Assembly: GCA_965261735.1 (NCBI GenBank)
Contig: OZ253470.1
Location: 2,912,001-2,976,000, forward strand
Source: Alphaproteobacteria bacterium
Lineage (GTDB): Bacteria; Pseudomonadota; Alphaproteobacteria; SHVV01
Length of the DNA: 64,000 bases
Direction: 5' to 3'
Both the position numbers and the translations under genes were made by a program. Of the stretch, positions 9,454-20,472 are shown in pieces. Under the pieces are notes generated by a model that worked only from the letters and a program-made list of their open reading frames with translations, did not search any database and was not told the origin of the DNA. Position 1 is the first letter of the stretch, and every line of letters starts with the position of its first letter.

Positions 9454-10323
9454 CTACAGGGGGCTCGTGCCCTCCTTGCCGGGCTGGAAATAGGGATTGT
9501 TGCCGCCGGCATGGTCCGTCACGTCGAGCACCGCACTGATGGCCGGCACCGCCTCGCGGATTTCCGACTCGACCCCGTGCTTGAGCGTGACGTCGGCCAT
9601 GCCGCAGCCCTGGCAGCCGCCCTCGAGGCGGATGTAGACGGTATCGTCCTGCACGTCGACAAGCGCGATGTGGCCGCCGTGGCCGGCAACGGCCGGATTG
9701 ATGCGCTCGTCGAGCAGCCGCTGCACGGCGATGCCGTCGGGTGTCCCCAGGCCGGGCTTGGGGATGGCGTCGCGGTAATCGCGCACTCGCACCACGTCGG
9801 GCACGTAATGGCGCAGCATGTTCTCGATGCCGGCCTGCAGGTTGTACCCGCCGCCCTCCATCTCGAGATAGACGACGCCGTCCTTGTAGCCGCGGAAGAT
9901 CACGTCACCCTCGCTCTGCTGCGCCGCCGGGCGGATGCGCGTCTCGATCAGGTCCTTGATCTGGGCCACGTCCTCGCCGCTGTCATCGAACACGAGGGCC
10001 CCTTCGGCCTCGGGCGCGGACTCCGCCGCCGCCGCCGAGTCGTGCAGCACCGGGGTGCCGGCCATGAAGTGCTCCATGATAACGCCGAGGATCGCGGGCT
10101 TGAGGAGCTGCCAGTTGGCGTCCGGGGACTTGGACACGGTGATCGCGTCGGCGGCCAGCGTCACGCGCGTCACGGCCTCGATCTCGAACAGGCGGGCGGC
10201 CAGCGGCGAGGCCGCCGCGGCGTCGGCATCGGCGAACGTCCGGGTCCCGGCGGCCAACACCTCGCGGCCGGGCAGGAACTTCAGCACACGGGGATCGGCG
10301 GTCTCTTCGGATTGAATGAACAT
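9454..10323 (-). CDS. NifU/NfuA-type Fe-S carrier: Nfu_N plus two NifU-C domains
   Basis: MFIQSEET.DP.VLKFLPG; RIRPA.Q..GDV.FRG; second domain INPAVAGHGG...GGCQGC. Confidence 0.9.
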   Translation of the reverse strand: MFIQSEETADPRVLKFLPGREVLAAGTRTFADADAAAASPLAARLFEIEAVTRVTLAADAITVSKSPDANWQLLKPAILGVIMEHFMAGTPVLHDSAAAAESAPEAEGALVFDDSGEDVAQIKDLIETRIRPAAQQSEGDVIFRGYKDGVVYLEMEGGGYNLQAGIENMLRHYVPDVVRVRDYRDAIPKPGLGTPDGIAVQRLLDERINPAVAGHGGHIALVDVQDDTVYIRLEGGCQGCGMADVTLKHGVESEIREAVPAISAVLDVTDHAGGNNPYFQPGKEGTSPL

Positions 10324-10526
10324 GCCGGCGGCTCCTTGGGGAATACAACTGACCCTTGGCGACAAACTTGGGTTGGCGGTGCACGATGTCAACTCGGCGG
10401 GGCAGGCGCCGAGCGCCAGCGCGAGGATAGCACAGGCTCCGGCCTCGGCCCAGCCTCGCTGGGCAAAGGCCACAAATGGCCGCAAAGGCCTTGCCAAGGC
10501 CCCCAAGGCCGGACTAATACGCGCCC

Positions 10527-11345
10527 ATGACCTCCCCCTCGCTGCCCCTGATTGTCGAGGCCGATGCCCTCGAGGCCCATCTCGGTGCGCCCGAGCTCCT
10601 CGTCGTCGATCTCAGCGACGCCGCCGTCCACGCACAGGGCCACGTACCGGGCGCGGTGCGCCTCGACTACGCGACTCTCGTCGCGCAGGCGCCGCCGGCG
10701 ATGGGGCTGGTGCCCGCCGATGCGCGCTTGAGCGAGGCATTGTCGGCCGTCGGCATGACGCCAGCGAGTCACGTCGTCGCCTATGACGACGCCGGCGGTA
10801 CCAAGGCGGGGCGGCTGCTATGGACGCTCGACCTTGTCGGCCACGCGCAGGCCTCGCTGCTCGACGGCGGCCTCCATGCTTGGAGCAATGAGGGCCACGC
10901 GGTCGAGGGCGGCGAGATCGAGCCCCGGCCGAGCGCCTTCCAAGCCGTGTGCGGCAGCGCGGTCATCGCCGACAAGGCTTACGTGCTGGCCCACCTCGGC
11001 GAGCCGGACGTCGTCGTACTCGATACGCGCACGCCAGCCGAGTTCAGCGGCACCGACCGGCGCGCGGCACGCGGCGGCCACATCCCGGGCGCCGTCAACT
11101 TCGATTGGATGCTGGCCGTGGACACGGCGCGCAACATGCGCCTCAAGCCCGAGGCGGACCTCCGCGCCCTGCTCGTGGAGCGCGGCGTCACGCCCGACAG
11201 GGAAATCATCCCCCACTGCCAAACCCACCACCGCTCCTCGCACACCTACGTGGTGCTCAAGGCGCTCGGCTACCCGCGCATCCGCGCCTATGCCGGATCG
11301 TGGTCCGAATGGGGCAACGACCCGGCGCTGCCGGTCGAGGTCTGA
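10527..11345 (+). CDS. rhdA: Tandem-domain thiosulfate sulfurtransferase (RhdA-type rhodanese)
   Basis: GHVPGA, GGHIPGA, active-site CQTHHR, YAGSWSEW. Confidence 0.9.
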   Translation: MTSPSLPLIVEADALEAHLGAPELLVVDLSDAAVHAQGHVPGAVRLDYATLVAQAPPAMGLVPADARLSEALSAVGMTPASHVVAYDDAGGTKAGRLLWTLDLVGHAQASLLDGGLHAWSNEGHAVEGGEIEPRPSAFQAVCGSAVIADKAYVLAHLGEPDVVVLDTRTPAEFSGTDRRAARGGHIPGAVNFDWMLAVDTARNMRLKPEADLRALLVERGVTPDREIIPHCQTHHRSSHTYVVLKALGYPRIRAYAGSWSEWGNDPALPVEV

Positions 11346-11355
11346 GGCGGTTTCC

Positions 11356-11970
11356 TTACGGCCCGGCGCGGCCCTCGTAGTGGTAGGTGAGGGGCCGCGG
11401 CCCGGACATCAGATAACCGGTCTCGAGGCGGCTTAAGGCAAATCCGGCGCCGCGGATGAGCGACTCCGTGGGGCGGTCGAGGTTGCAGCCGCCGACGCAG
11501 AACCGCCACATCGGGTTGAGGCGGTGCTGCCACGTGGCGACCGTGGCCTCCGGTGCCAGGCCATGCTCGACGAAAATCAGCTCGCCGCCCGGCTTGAGAA
11601 CGCGGCGCATTTCCGCGAGCGCCCTTGGTGCGTCCGGGATCGAGCACAACGTCCACGTCATGACGACGGAATCGAAACTCTCGTTCTCGAAGGGCAACGC
11701 CTCCGCCGATATGTCCATGAGTTCGACCGCGAACGGCACGCTGGCGGCGGCCTCGCTCGCCTCCTCGAGCTTCTCCGCCAAGGGATCGACGCCCACGACC
11801 GCTTCGACCTCGCTGCCGTAGAACGGCAGATTGAGGCCGCGGCCGATTCCGACCTCGAGAACCCGCCCCCGAGCCGCCGGTACCACGCGCTGGCGCAGCC
11901 CCGCCATCTCCTCCTGCTTCATCAACAGGTTGATCGCCCACGGCAGGACGTAGTTCTGGTACAGACCCAT
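11356..11970 (-). CDS. Class I SAM-dependent methyltransferase
   Basis: VLEVGIGRGLNL, LPFENESFDSVV.TWTLCSI, RVLKPGG. Confidence 0.9.
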   Translation of the reverse strand: MGLYQNYVLPWAINLLMKQEEMAGLRQRVVPAARGRVLEVGIGRGLNLPFYGSEVEAVVGVDPLAEKLEEASEAAASVPFAVELMDISAEALPFENESFDSVVMTWTLCSIPDAPRALAEMRRVLKPGGELIFVEHGLAPEATVATWQHRLNPMWRFCVGGCNLDRPTESLIRGAGFALSRLETGYLMSGPRPLTYHYEGRAGP

Positions 11971-12169
11971 CTCTGATCCCGCTCCCCATGGACCGCTCGC
12001 TAGCGATCCATCGTCCACGATATCACGCGCCCGGTCGGGTGCGCGCGGCCATCTTGGAGGTCGCGTTTCACGCACTCGTGAGAAGAGGTGACCGCACGCG
12101 CTGACGCTTTCCGGCCCGCGCGACCCCACATTCAGAGTGAACCGTGTCTCGGCACAAGGAGGGGTCCCG

Positions 12170-13096
12170 ATGGCGAGAACGTCTCCTCATTTAGCGGCGC
12201 CCGTACGGCTCGACTGGATAGCCCTGGCCTTGCGCGCGGGTCTCGGTCTCGTTCTGCTGGTCGGCGGCTGGAACAAGCTTAAGCCACCTTATCGACCCGG
12301 CGCGCGACGCGGCGCTCGTCGCCCTCTACTTGGGCCCGCAGGGGTACATCAACGATTTCTTCGCCCAATATCTATTTGCCGGCGCGCTCGGCGAATGGAT
12401 CTCGCCGTGGCTGTTCCTGACCGCACTATCCTCGATCGAGCTGGCGAGCGGCATCGCCCTCATCGCCGGCCTCCTGGTGCGGCCGCTCGCTCTCGTCTGG
12501 GGCCTGCTGCTGTGGACCTTCGTGATCGCGATCCCGGTCGTCACCGCTCCGGGCGTGGAGGTCGCGGTCCCGACCTACACCTCGCCCGCCCTGCTGGTGC
12601 AGGCGCGCGACGTGGCGCTCTCGGGGATGATGTTCGCGCTCTTCAACCTCGGTGCCGGCTCGGCCAGCTTGGACGCACGCCTCTTTGGCTCGCCGCGCGT
12701 GCGCGCAACCGATTGGAACAACCTCGGCCTGCTGCTGCGCCTGTCGCTCGCGCTGCCCCTCCTCGTCGGCGGCGCCTTCGCGGGACTCGATCATATCCAG
12801 TCCTTCGCCGCAACGCCCTGGCTGCTCGTGCCGCTTGGCGTGCTGATCGCGGCTGGCGCCGGCGGCGTGAGCGGGCGCGCGGCCAGCCTCGCCACCGCAC
12901 TCGTCATGCTGTGGTTCATGGCGACCCGCGTAAGCCTCGATGCCACGTTGATCGCCAACCTGAACGCGTTCAAGCGTGAGTTCGCGCTGCTCGCCGCGGC
13001 CGGCGTGCTCGCCTACGCCGGCGGCGGGGCGAGGTTCAGTTGGCGCGGCGCCGTGAGCGCACTCAGGCACCCTTCGCCCGCGACCGCGACGCGCGC

Positions 13097-13100
<4 letters not shown>
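12170..13100 (+). pseudogene. DoxX/DoxD-like membrane protein with a frameshift near 12280
   Basis: LALRAGLGLVLLVGGWNKL continues in another frame as SHLIDPARD..GYINDFFAQYLF...ELASGIALIAGL. Confidence 0.7.
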
Positions 13101-14260
<1,160 letters not shown>

Positions 14261-14263
14261 CGG

Positions 14264-15085
14264 TTATTTGAGCCTGCGGCGCAGGTGGTTCACGAGATCG
14301 ATCCTGGTGACGACGCCGAGGAATCGGTCGCCGTCGACGACGAGAGCCACGCGATCGGCGCGCAGGATCGGCAGCAGGGCGTCGATCGGCTGCGACGGCG
14401 CGATGACCTCCAGGCGGCTCGTCATGAAGTCGCGCACCGGGGCCGCGAACCGCTCCTCATGCTCGTAGACGGCGACCAGCAGATCGGACTCGTCGAGGAT
14501 GCCGACGATCTGCTCGCCGTCGAGCACCGGGAGCTGCGAGATATCGTAGAGGCGCATGCGACCGTAGGCGGTGTTGAGCGTGTCGTCGGGCGCCACGGCC
14601 ACCACCGCGCCCTCTTCCGCGCGCCGGGAGATCAGGTCGCGGATATCGCCGAAGCGCTCGCGCTCGATGAATCCCTGATCGATCATCCAATAGTCGTTGA
14701 ACATCTTCGACAGGTACTTGCTGCCGCTATCGCAGATGAAGGTGACCACGCGCTTGGGCACGCTCTGCGCCCGGCAGTAGGCGAGCGCCGCGTGGACCAG
14801 CGTCCCCGAGGACGAGCCCGCGAGGAGGCCCTCCAGGCGCAGCAGCTCGCGCGCGGTGTGAAAGCTCTCTGCGTCGCTCACGGTGATGACTTGCGAGACC
14901 AGGCTGAGGTCGCAGATGGGCGGCACGAAGTCCTCGCCGATCCCCTCGACGAGCCAAGACCCCGCCTCGACACTTTTTCCCGTGCGCACCAACTCCGCGA
15001 GCACCGATCCTTGCGGATCGGCCAGCACCATCTCGACCTCCGGCGCGCTACGGCGAAAGAAGCGGCCGATGCCGGTGAGCGTACC
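14264..15085 (-). pseudogene. Cystathionine beta-synthase with CBS domains, N-terminus deleted at an IS junction
   Basis: GTLTGIGR, LVEGIGEDF, GSSSG, CDSGSKYLSK and a CBS pair; the PLP-lysine region is absent. Confidence 0.85.
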
Positions 15086-15438
15086 GAGCGGGAACTCGCC
15101 TTCTTCCGCAAGCATCGCCATCGCATGCGCTACCACGCCCTGAAGGAAGAGGGCATCGCCATCGGCTCAGGCGTGGTCGAGGCTGCCAACAAGATCCCTG
15201 GTGACACAGCGCATGAAGCGCTCCGGCATGCGCTGGCGGATCGTCGGCGGACAGGCTGTTCTGACCTTCCGCGCCCTGATCAAATCCGGCCGCTTCGAGC
15301 GCGCATGGAAGGCCCTGATCAGCGCAACCGACACACCGGCCAACGACAACATCAGTCCACGTGCAGCAGCCATGGCAATCGCTGCCTGAACTCAACGAAC
15401 CAAGCCGCAGACATCACTGCCATGCGAGACTCGCACCC
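15085..15438 (+). mobile_element. ISKra4/ISLre2-like transposase C-terminal remnant with end
   Basis: RMRYHALKEEGIAIGSGVVEAANK / VTQRMKRSGMRW...LTFRAL. Confidence 0.75.
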
Positions 15439-15509
15439 AAGCTGCCCCTTCAACTTGCAAAGCATTCTTTCGAACCAACACCGCCTATTAGCAAAAGGTA
15501 CATCGTGCT

Positions 15510-15893
15510 CTAGGGTTGAAGTAATTTTCGTTTTGTTTCTTCTATCAGTCGGTGAATGGCTGCGACCGATTCCAATAATTGCTGCCGCTGTTCATCACTG
15601 AGCCCACATTCCAAGGGATACTCTTCGGCATTCTTCAGCTCCTTCAAGCACGACTTCAATTCGTGGTCGAATTCCGCTAGGCGACGCCTCAGTTCCTTCC
15701 TTTCCGGTGTTTCATTGCGGCCTACGATCAGCTTGTAGAGAATGAATCCTGCGAGGCCGGCAAACATCACACCGTAAAGCCAAAAAATCCCACCACCAAG
15801 ATCGCCTTCATCTCCGATACCGCCGTGAGCGAAAGCGACGCCCGAATTGGCACAGACAACCATCATTGTCACCAGAATTGGCTTGTGTTGCAT
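15510..15893 (-). CDS. Hypothetical membrane-anchored protein, lower GC
   Basis: Signal-like N-terminus ending VAFAHGG, one TM segment, coiled-coil-like C-terminus. Confidence 0.5.
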   Translation of the reverse strand: MQHKPILVTMMVVCANSGVAFAHGGIGDEGDLGGGIFWLYGVMFAGLAGFILYKLIVGRNETPERKELRRRLAEFDHELKSCLKELKNAEEYPLECGLSDEQRQQLLESVAAIHRLIEETKRKLLQP

Positions 15894-15951
15894 GATCAAC
15901 CAACCTCGAAGAGTGGGCACGGGCAGTGACGTTGGAGAGCGCATATGGCAA

Positions 15952-16032
15952 GGGCAATGGCGCATCTGCTTCCGATGGGCCGCCGGCGATGTGACCGAGG
16001 TCGAGATCGTGGACTATCACCCAGGACCGTAG
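15952..16032 (+). pseudogene. higB: HigB toxin C-terminal remnant
   Basis: QWRICFRW..GD..EVEIVDYH immediately upstream of higA. Confidence 0.7.
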
Positions 16033-16051
16033 CGATGTGAAGGATGTCGCC

Positions 16052-16345
16052 ATGGCAGAGCCTCGAAAATCTCACCCAGGCGAGATACTCAAGCAGGAGT
16101 TCCTGAGCGAGATCGGCATGAGCCAGAACCAGCTCGCCCATGCGATCGGCGTTCCAGGCAACCGCATTCACGCCATCGTCAACGGCACCCGCGACATCAC
16201 GGCGGATAGTGACCTGCGGCTGTGCAGGTTCTTCCGCCTGTCGGAAGGCTATTTCCTGCGCCTCCAGAACGCCTACGACACGCGCGAAGCCAAACGGCGC
16301 ATTTCGGCTCAGGTCGCCAAGATCAAGCCCTACAAAGCCCGTTGA
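16052..16345 (+). CDS. higA: HigA-family antitoxin
   Basis: HPGEILKQEFL...SQNQLA.AIGV..NRI..IVNG.R.ITAD..LRL..FF...LRLQ..YD. Confidence 0.9.
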   Translation: MAEPRKSHPGEILKQEFLSEIGMSQNQLAHAIGVPGNRIHAIVNGTRDITADSDLRLCRFFRLSEGYFLRLQNAYDTREAKRRISAQVAKIKPYKAR

Positions 16346-16379
16346 AGCGGCCTTAAGCCATGAAGGCGATCATCCTCGC

Positions 16380-16540
16380 CAGCGCCTCGCCGATTACTGC
16401 ACCCGCAAGGGGCTCGACGTAATCAGGGTATTCGAGCTGGTTGAGTCCTCGACCCGGGGCGAGCGCAAAGAGTTCACGGCGATGCTGGAGTTCGCCAAGG
16501 CGAGGAAGGAATCGATCGCCATCGTCGCCGACGCGGTCGT
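16380..16540 (+). pseudogene. Serine recombinase N-terminal fragment
   Basis: QRLADYCTRKGLDVIRVF..VESST...RKEF..ML. Confidence 0.6.
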
Positions 16541-16554
16541 GGACATCGCCGGGG

Positions 16555-16793
16555 TCGGTCGTTGGATCCGCTCGTAGTGTGAGCAGCTCTCCGATCTCGC
16601 CCAGAGAGAAACCGAGTGCTTGCGCTTGCCGGGATGAAGCGAACCCGGCCTATGTCTTCCTCGGAATACTGCCGATGCCGCCGCGCTCGGGCTTCGGGGG
16701 CCGCCGGATGAGGCCCCGTCGCTCGTTGAAGCGGATCGTTTCGACGCCGACGCCAGCCTCCCGCGCAGTTCCTCCAATTGTCATCAACTTCAT
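16555..16793 (-). pseudogene. MerR-family regulator, frameshifted and truncated
   Basis: MTIGG.AREAGVGVETIRF.ERRGLI / RQYSEEDIGRVRFI / QALGFSLGEI.ELL across frames; TCCGTACA MerR-type half-site upstream. Confidence 0.7.
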
Positions 16794-16852
16794 GCGATCC
16801 TCCGTGGCCTCTGATATAGGGTCCGTACATCCTTGCCCTGGCCGCGGAAAGC

Positions 16853-16881
16853 AAAAAACCCGGCCTTTCGGGCGGGGTTCT
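16853..16881. terminator. Hairpin / possible intrinsic terminator
   Basis: aaaaaacccggcctttcgggcggggttctt. Confidence 0.45.
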
Positions 16882-17069
16882 TGCTCAGCAAGTTAAGATG
16901 GTTGCGGGGGCGCGAAACCACCGAGAGTTGACTCTCTCCGTGGAGGTCTGATTCGCGGGCCCGCAAACAACGAGAATCACTCGTAGTACCGGTAATGCTG
17001 TAAGTTCAAATGGGATAGGCCCGCCGAGGGACGATGGGTATCGGGCGCTAACTCAACAACGGTGACGTG

Positions 17070-17166
17070 ATGTCCGCTTTTCGGGCGATCATGCCCGCTT
17101 CAGGGCCAAGAGCGGACCTATGCAGTAGCGGGGCCGGAGTTCTGCTGCTGACCCCAAGCAGACATT
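17070..17166. repeat. Palindromic repeat cluster C
   Basis: atgtccgctttt; atgcccgcttcagggccaagagcggacc; gttctgctgctgaccccaagcagacat. Confidence 0.6.
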
Positions 17167-17338
17167 TCCGGCGTCCGTAATCACGCCTGTTTACATGCCC
17201 ATCTGTATCATCGGTTATCTACATGTATCCCGGCTATATGAGCAGAAGCGCATGGGCACGGTCGCGCCGGACGCGCTTGGGAAAGGAAAACCGCAGCCCC
17301 CAGGCCCGCCGTCTCGCCTTTTCTATAAACCTGCGAGA

Positions 17339-19773
17339 TTAAGCGGTCCGCCTGCGCCGTCTTATGACCCCCAACCCGCCAAGACCAAGGGCGAAAATGG
17401 CGAGGGCGGCGGGTTCGGAGACTGCAGCGGCTACCGTATACGTATGAGTGTGGGCCGTCATTTGGGCCGCGGTCATGATAAGCGACTCAACACCTGATTC
17501 CTGACCGAGCTGCCAGTTCGTCAGTCCCGGCCCCGTGCCGTCGCCCACGGCGAGCATTCCGCGCAGGTCAGGAAGTGCGAAGGTTGTTCGACCGTCCCCG
17601 CCATAGGTGGTGCCGAGCAGCGCGAATAGAGCATTGTTGCTGGAGATCGGCAGTAGTTGACCATTGGCGGATACATAGCCAGAGGGCAAGCTAAAATCAT
17701 TAGGGGCAAATAGCTCAACGAAGCCGAGAGTCGGGTCGGGTAACACGCTGCCGCCAGAACTAGGAAATAAACCGGTTAGCGGCATCACGTAGTTCAGATC
17801 AAGCGACGGCTGCATGTTTGTGTACGTTTGTCCGCCGTCGGATCGTGTCCCGCGGAGTGGTGTAAGAGCGTTGCGCTCTACGCGGCTCCCGGCGGGTAGG
17901 GCCGGGACGTTCAGGCTGCCACGGTGGGCAGCGTGATGGGGACACCATCGCTCAGCGGAGCGATGGATTCCAGCGTCATGTATCTCCTTGAGACGGCCCA
18001 CTCGTCGTTCTGCTCGAGAAGGATGGCGCCGACGAGCCGTGTGATGGCGGCTTCGTTGGGAAAGATACCGACGACGTTGGTGCGACGCTTGACCTCGGCA
18101 TGGAGCCGTTCGATCGGGTTTGTGGAGTGCAATTTCTGGCGGTGCTCCCTGGGGAAGCTCATGTAGGCGAGGACGTCGTGCTCGGCTTCGTCCATGAGAA
18201 CTGCCAGCTTGGGCACCTTGGGCCTGAGCTGGTCGGCGACCTGGCGCCACTGGACCTTCGCGCTGTCGGCGTCCTCCTGGGCGAAGGCGGAGACGACGCG
18301 CCGGCCCTGGCGGCCGGCATGGGCCAGCAGGTTGCGGGCGAAGTGCACGCGGCAGCGCTGCCATGTGGCGCCGAGGATCCGGGTCGCGGCGGCCTTCAGG
18401 CCCTTGTGGTCGTCGGAGATCACCAGCTTCACGCCGCGCAGCCCGCGCCGGGCCAGCGAGCGCAGGAACTCGGTCCAGAAGGTCTCGGCCTCCGACGCGC
18501 CGATCGCCACGCCCAGGACCTCGCGGCGGCCTTGGTCGTTGACGGCCACAGCCACGGTCACCGCGACCGAGACGATGCGTCCGGTCTGGCGCACCTTCAC
18601 GTAGGTGGCGTCGAGCCACAGATAGGGCCAGTCGCCCTCCAGCGGTCGATCGAGGAAGCCGGTGACCTTATCGTCGATCTCGCCGCACAGCCTGGAGACC
18701 TGGCTCTTGGAGGCGCCCGACATCCCCATCGCCTGAACCAGATCGTCGACCGAGCGGGTCGACACCCCCTGGATGTAGGCCTCCTGGATCACCGCAGCCA
18801 GCGCCTTCTCGGCCATCCGCCGCGGCTCCAGGAAGCCCGGGAAGTAGCTTCCCTTCCTCAGCTTCGGGATCTTCAGCTCGACCGTGCCGGCCCGCGTCTC
18901 CCAGGACCGGTCGCGGTAGCCGTTGCGATGGGTGATACGATCCGCCGAGCGCTCGCCGTGCCCGGCGCCGGTCAGGCCCTCAACCTCCAGTGCCATCAGC
19001 CGCTCGGCCGTGAAGCCGATCATCTCGCAAAGCAGATCGGCATCGGAGCTCTTCTCCAAAAGCGCGCGCAGGGTCATCATGTCCTGGGTCATCGTGGTTC
19101 TCCTTCGGGTCAGGTTGGTTTGCACTAGCCCAACCCTAAACCGGAACCGCGATGGCCTCCGCTGTGGATAGCCGGCTTGCCTACGCCAGACTCTCGGCGG
19201 TCGCTACGGCAAGCCGCCTACCCACAGCTAACAGAGGCTCCAACAACTCCTACACCACGTCCTGGGACACGACCCGCCGCCGCCAGCCGTATCCGTGACA
19301 GCGCTGGGCGGCGATGGCAGGGTGTGGTTGTGGGCCGGCAGCGGTAGAGAGACGTTTTCAACGCCGATTTTCTGACCAAGCGTCTTTGGAGTCAGCCCCG
19401 GCCCCGCGCAGTCGCCGATTGCCGTGCGGCCGCGCAGGTCAGTAAGTGCGAAGGTCGTTCGGCCGTCGCCGCCATAGGTCGTGCCGAGCCGCGAAAATAG
19501 AGATGTGTTACCGGAGATCGACAGTAGTTGTCCGTTTGCTTCCGCCCAGCCGCTCGGCGCGAAGTTACCGCCAAAAATGGTAACCTCCCCAAGAAAATCA
19601 AAATCTCCTTGGACGCGAATGAGCGGGTTCAATTCCAAAAACGGCTGAATCGTCGTCTGCGCGCCGCCGCCACTCGTTGATCCTGTCATCAATGGAATTG
19701 CGGCGGCGTCCGCCGGAAGAAATCCGGTCATCGCCCAGGACATGGCAAGCGCGACAATACTTCGTCGGAACAT
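17339..19773 (-). pseudogene. PEP-CTERM-like sorted protein with two phage tail-collar domains, interrupted by IS256
   Basis: 5' part 19773-19275 and 3' part 17832-17339 rejoin in frame (about 330 aa); two GQLL.IS.N..LF..LGTTYGGDGRTTFAL.DLRG motifs; C-terminus VSEPAALAIFALGLGGLGVIRRRRR. Confidence 0.85.
17841..19274 (-). mobile_element. IS256-family element, copy 2 (open transposase frame, 15-bp in-frame deletion)
   Basis: Near-identical to 2379-3828; 8-bp flanks cgccgtcg / cgccgccg (TSD with 1 mismatch). Confidence 0.95.
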
Positions 19774-19811
19774 GACACCCTCCTCCACCAACGCACTTTA
19801 ACGTCATTTTC

Positions 19812-19827
19812 GCAAATTCCGTGCCAA
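19812..19827 (-). promoter_or_regulatory. sigma-54 (-24/-12) promoter of the PEP-CTERM gene
   Basis: TTGGCACGGAATTTGC on the minus strand, about 40 bp upstream of the ATG. Confidence 0.8.
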
Positions 19828-19887
19828 CTTCAGAATTGAATGATTTCCATTAGTTAACGAGCAAGCCCACGTTAACGTTAACCAGAA

Positions 19888-20016
19888 GTGTAAAGAATTC
19901 CGACACTTTTTGGCAGTTTTCGGTCACTAATACGGGCCATGGCGAGACTCTCGTCTGTGTATCAATGACTTAAGGGTGTTTTGGGCCGATTTTCGAGGTG
20001 TAAAACCCACCGACAC
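19888..20016. promoter_or_regulatory. Two TGT-N11-ACA enhancer boxes with an IHF-like site between them
   Basis: gTGTaaagaattccgACAc (19888-19906), gTGTaaaacccaccgACAc (19998-20016), tATCAAtgacTTA (19960-19972). Confidence 0.7.
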
Positions 20017-20086
20017 CCCACATGTTGTGTTTTGGAGCACCATGGCGCGGTGGACGCACGACCGCCGAACTGCCGAATCCAATGCA

Positions 20087-20123
20087 GTGGACGGCTCCCC
20101 TCCAACGGCATTGCAATGTGCTC
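20087..20123 (+). mobile_element. Possible orphan IS110/IS1111 left-end remnant
   Basis: gtggacggctcccc...cggcattgcaatgtgc resembles the left end atggacgccccc at 30637. Confidence 0.35.
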
Positions 20124-20138
20124 GTTAAATGAACCGCG

Positions 20139-20272
20139 AATGTCTCTTATTGGCTAGGAAGCGAAGTTCGGACCCGGTCGCCGATACGACCGCTCTACCC
20201 GCGAAAGCCGACCTTCGAGCCGCAACATCCGCTTGCCCCCGACTATGTCTGCTTCACCTGAGGGAGCAGACC
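20139..20272. repeat. Palindromic repeat cluster D
   Basis: tggctaggaagcgaagtt; gaccgctctacccgcgaaagccgacc; atgtctgcttcacctgagggagcagacc. Confidence 0.6.
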
Positions 20273-20472
20273 GTCTTGTCGATCTAGCCGGTCGTCTGGT
20301 CCTGACCATGAGCGGACTGATGGTCGTCGGAACGCGGCGACGATCAGGAACGCATCATCCTGCTGCTAAAGTGAGGGCGCGCAGTACCGTGAACCGCCCA
20401 TATTCACCACGCCGCGTTAGTTTGAGGCGCTCTTCCGGCCGGCTTCCCATTTGTCGATGCGATCCAATGAAC

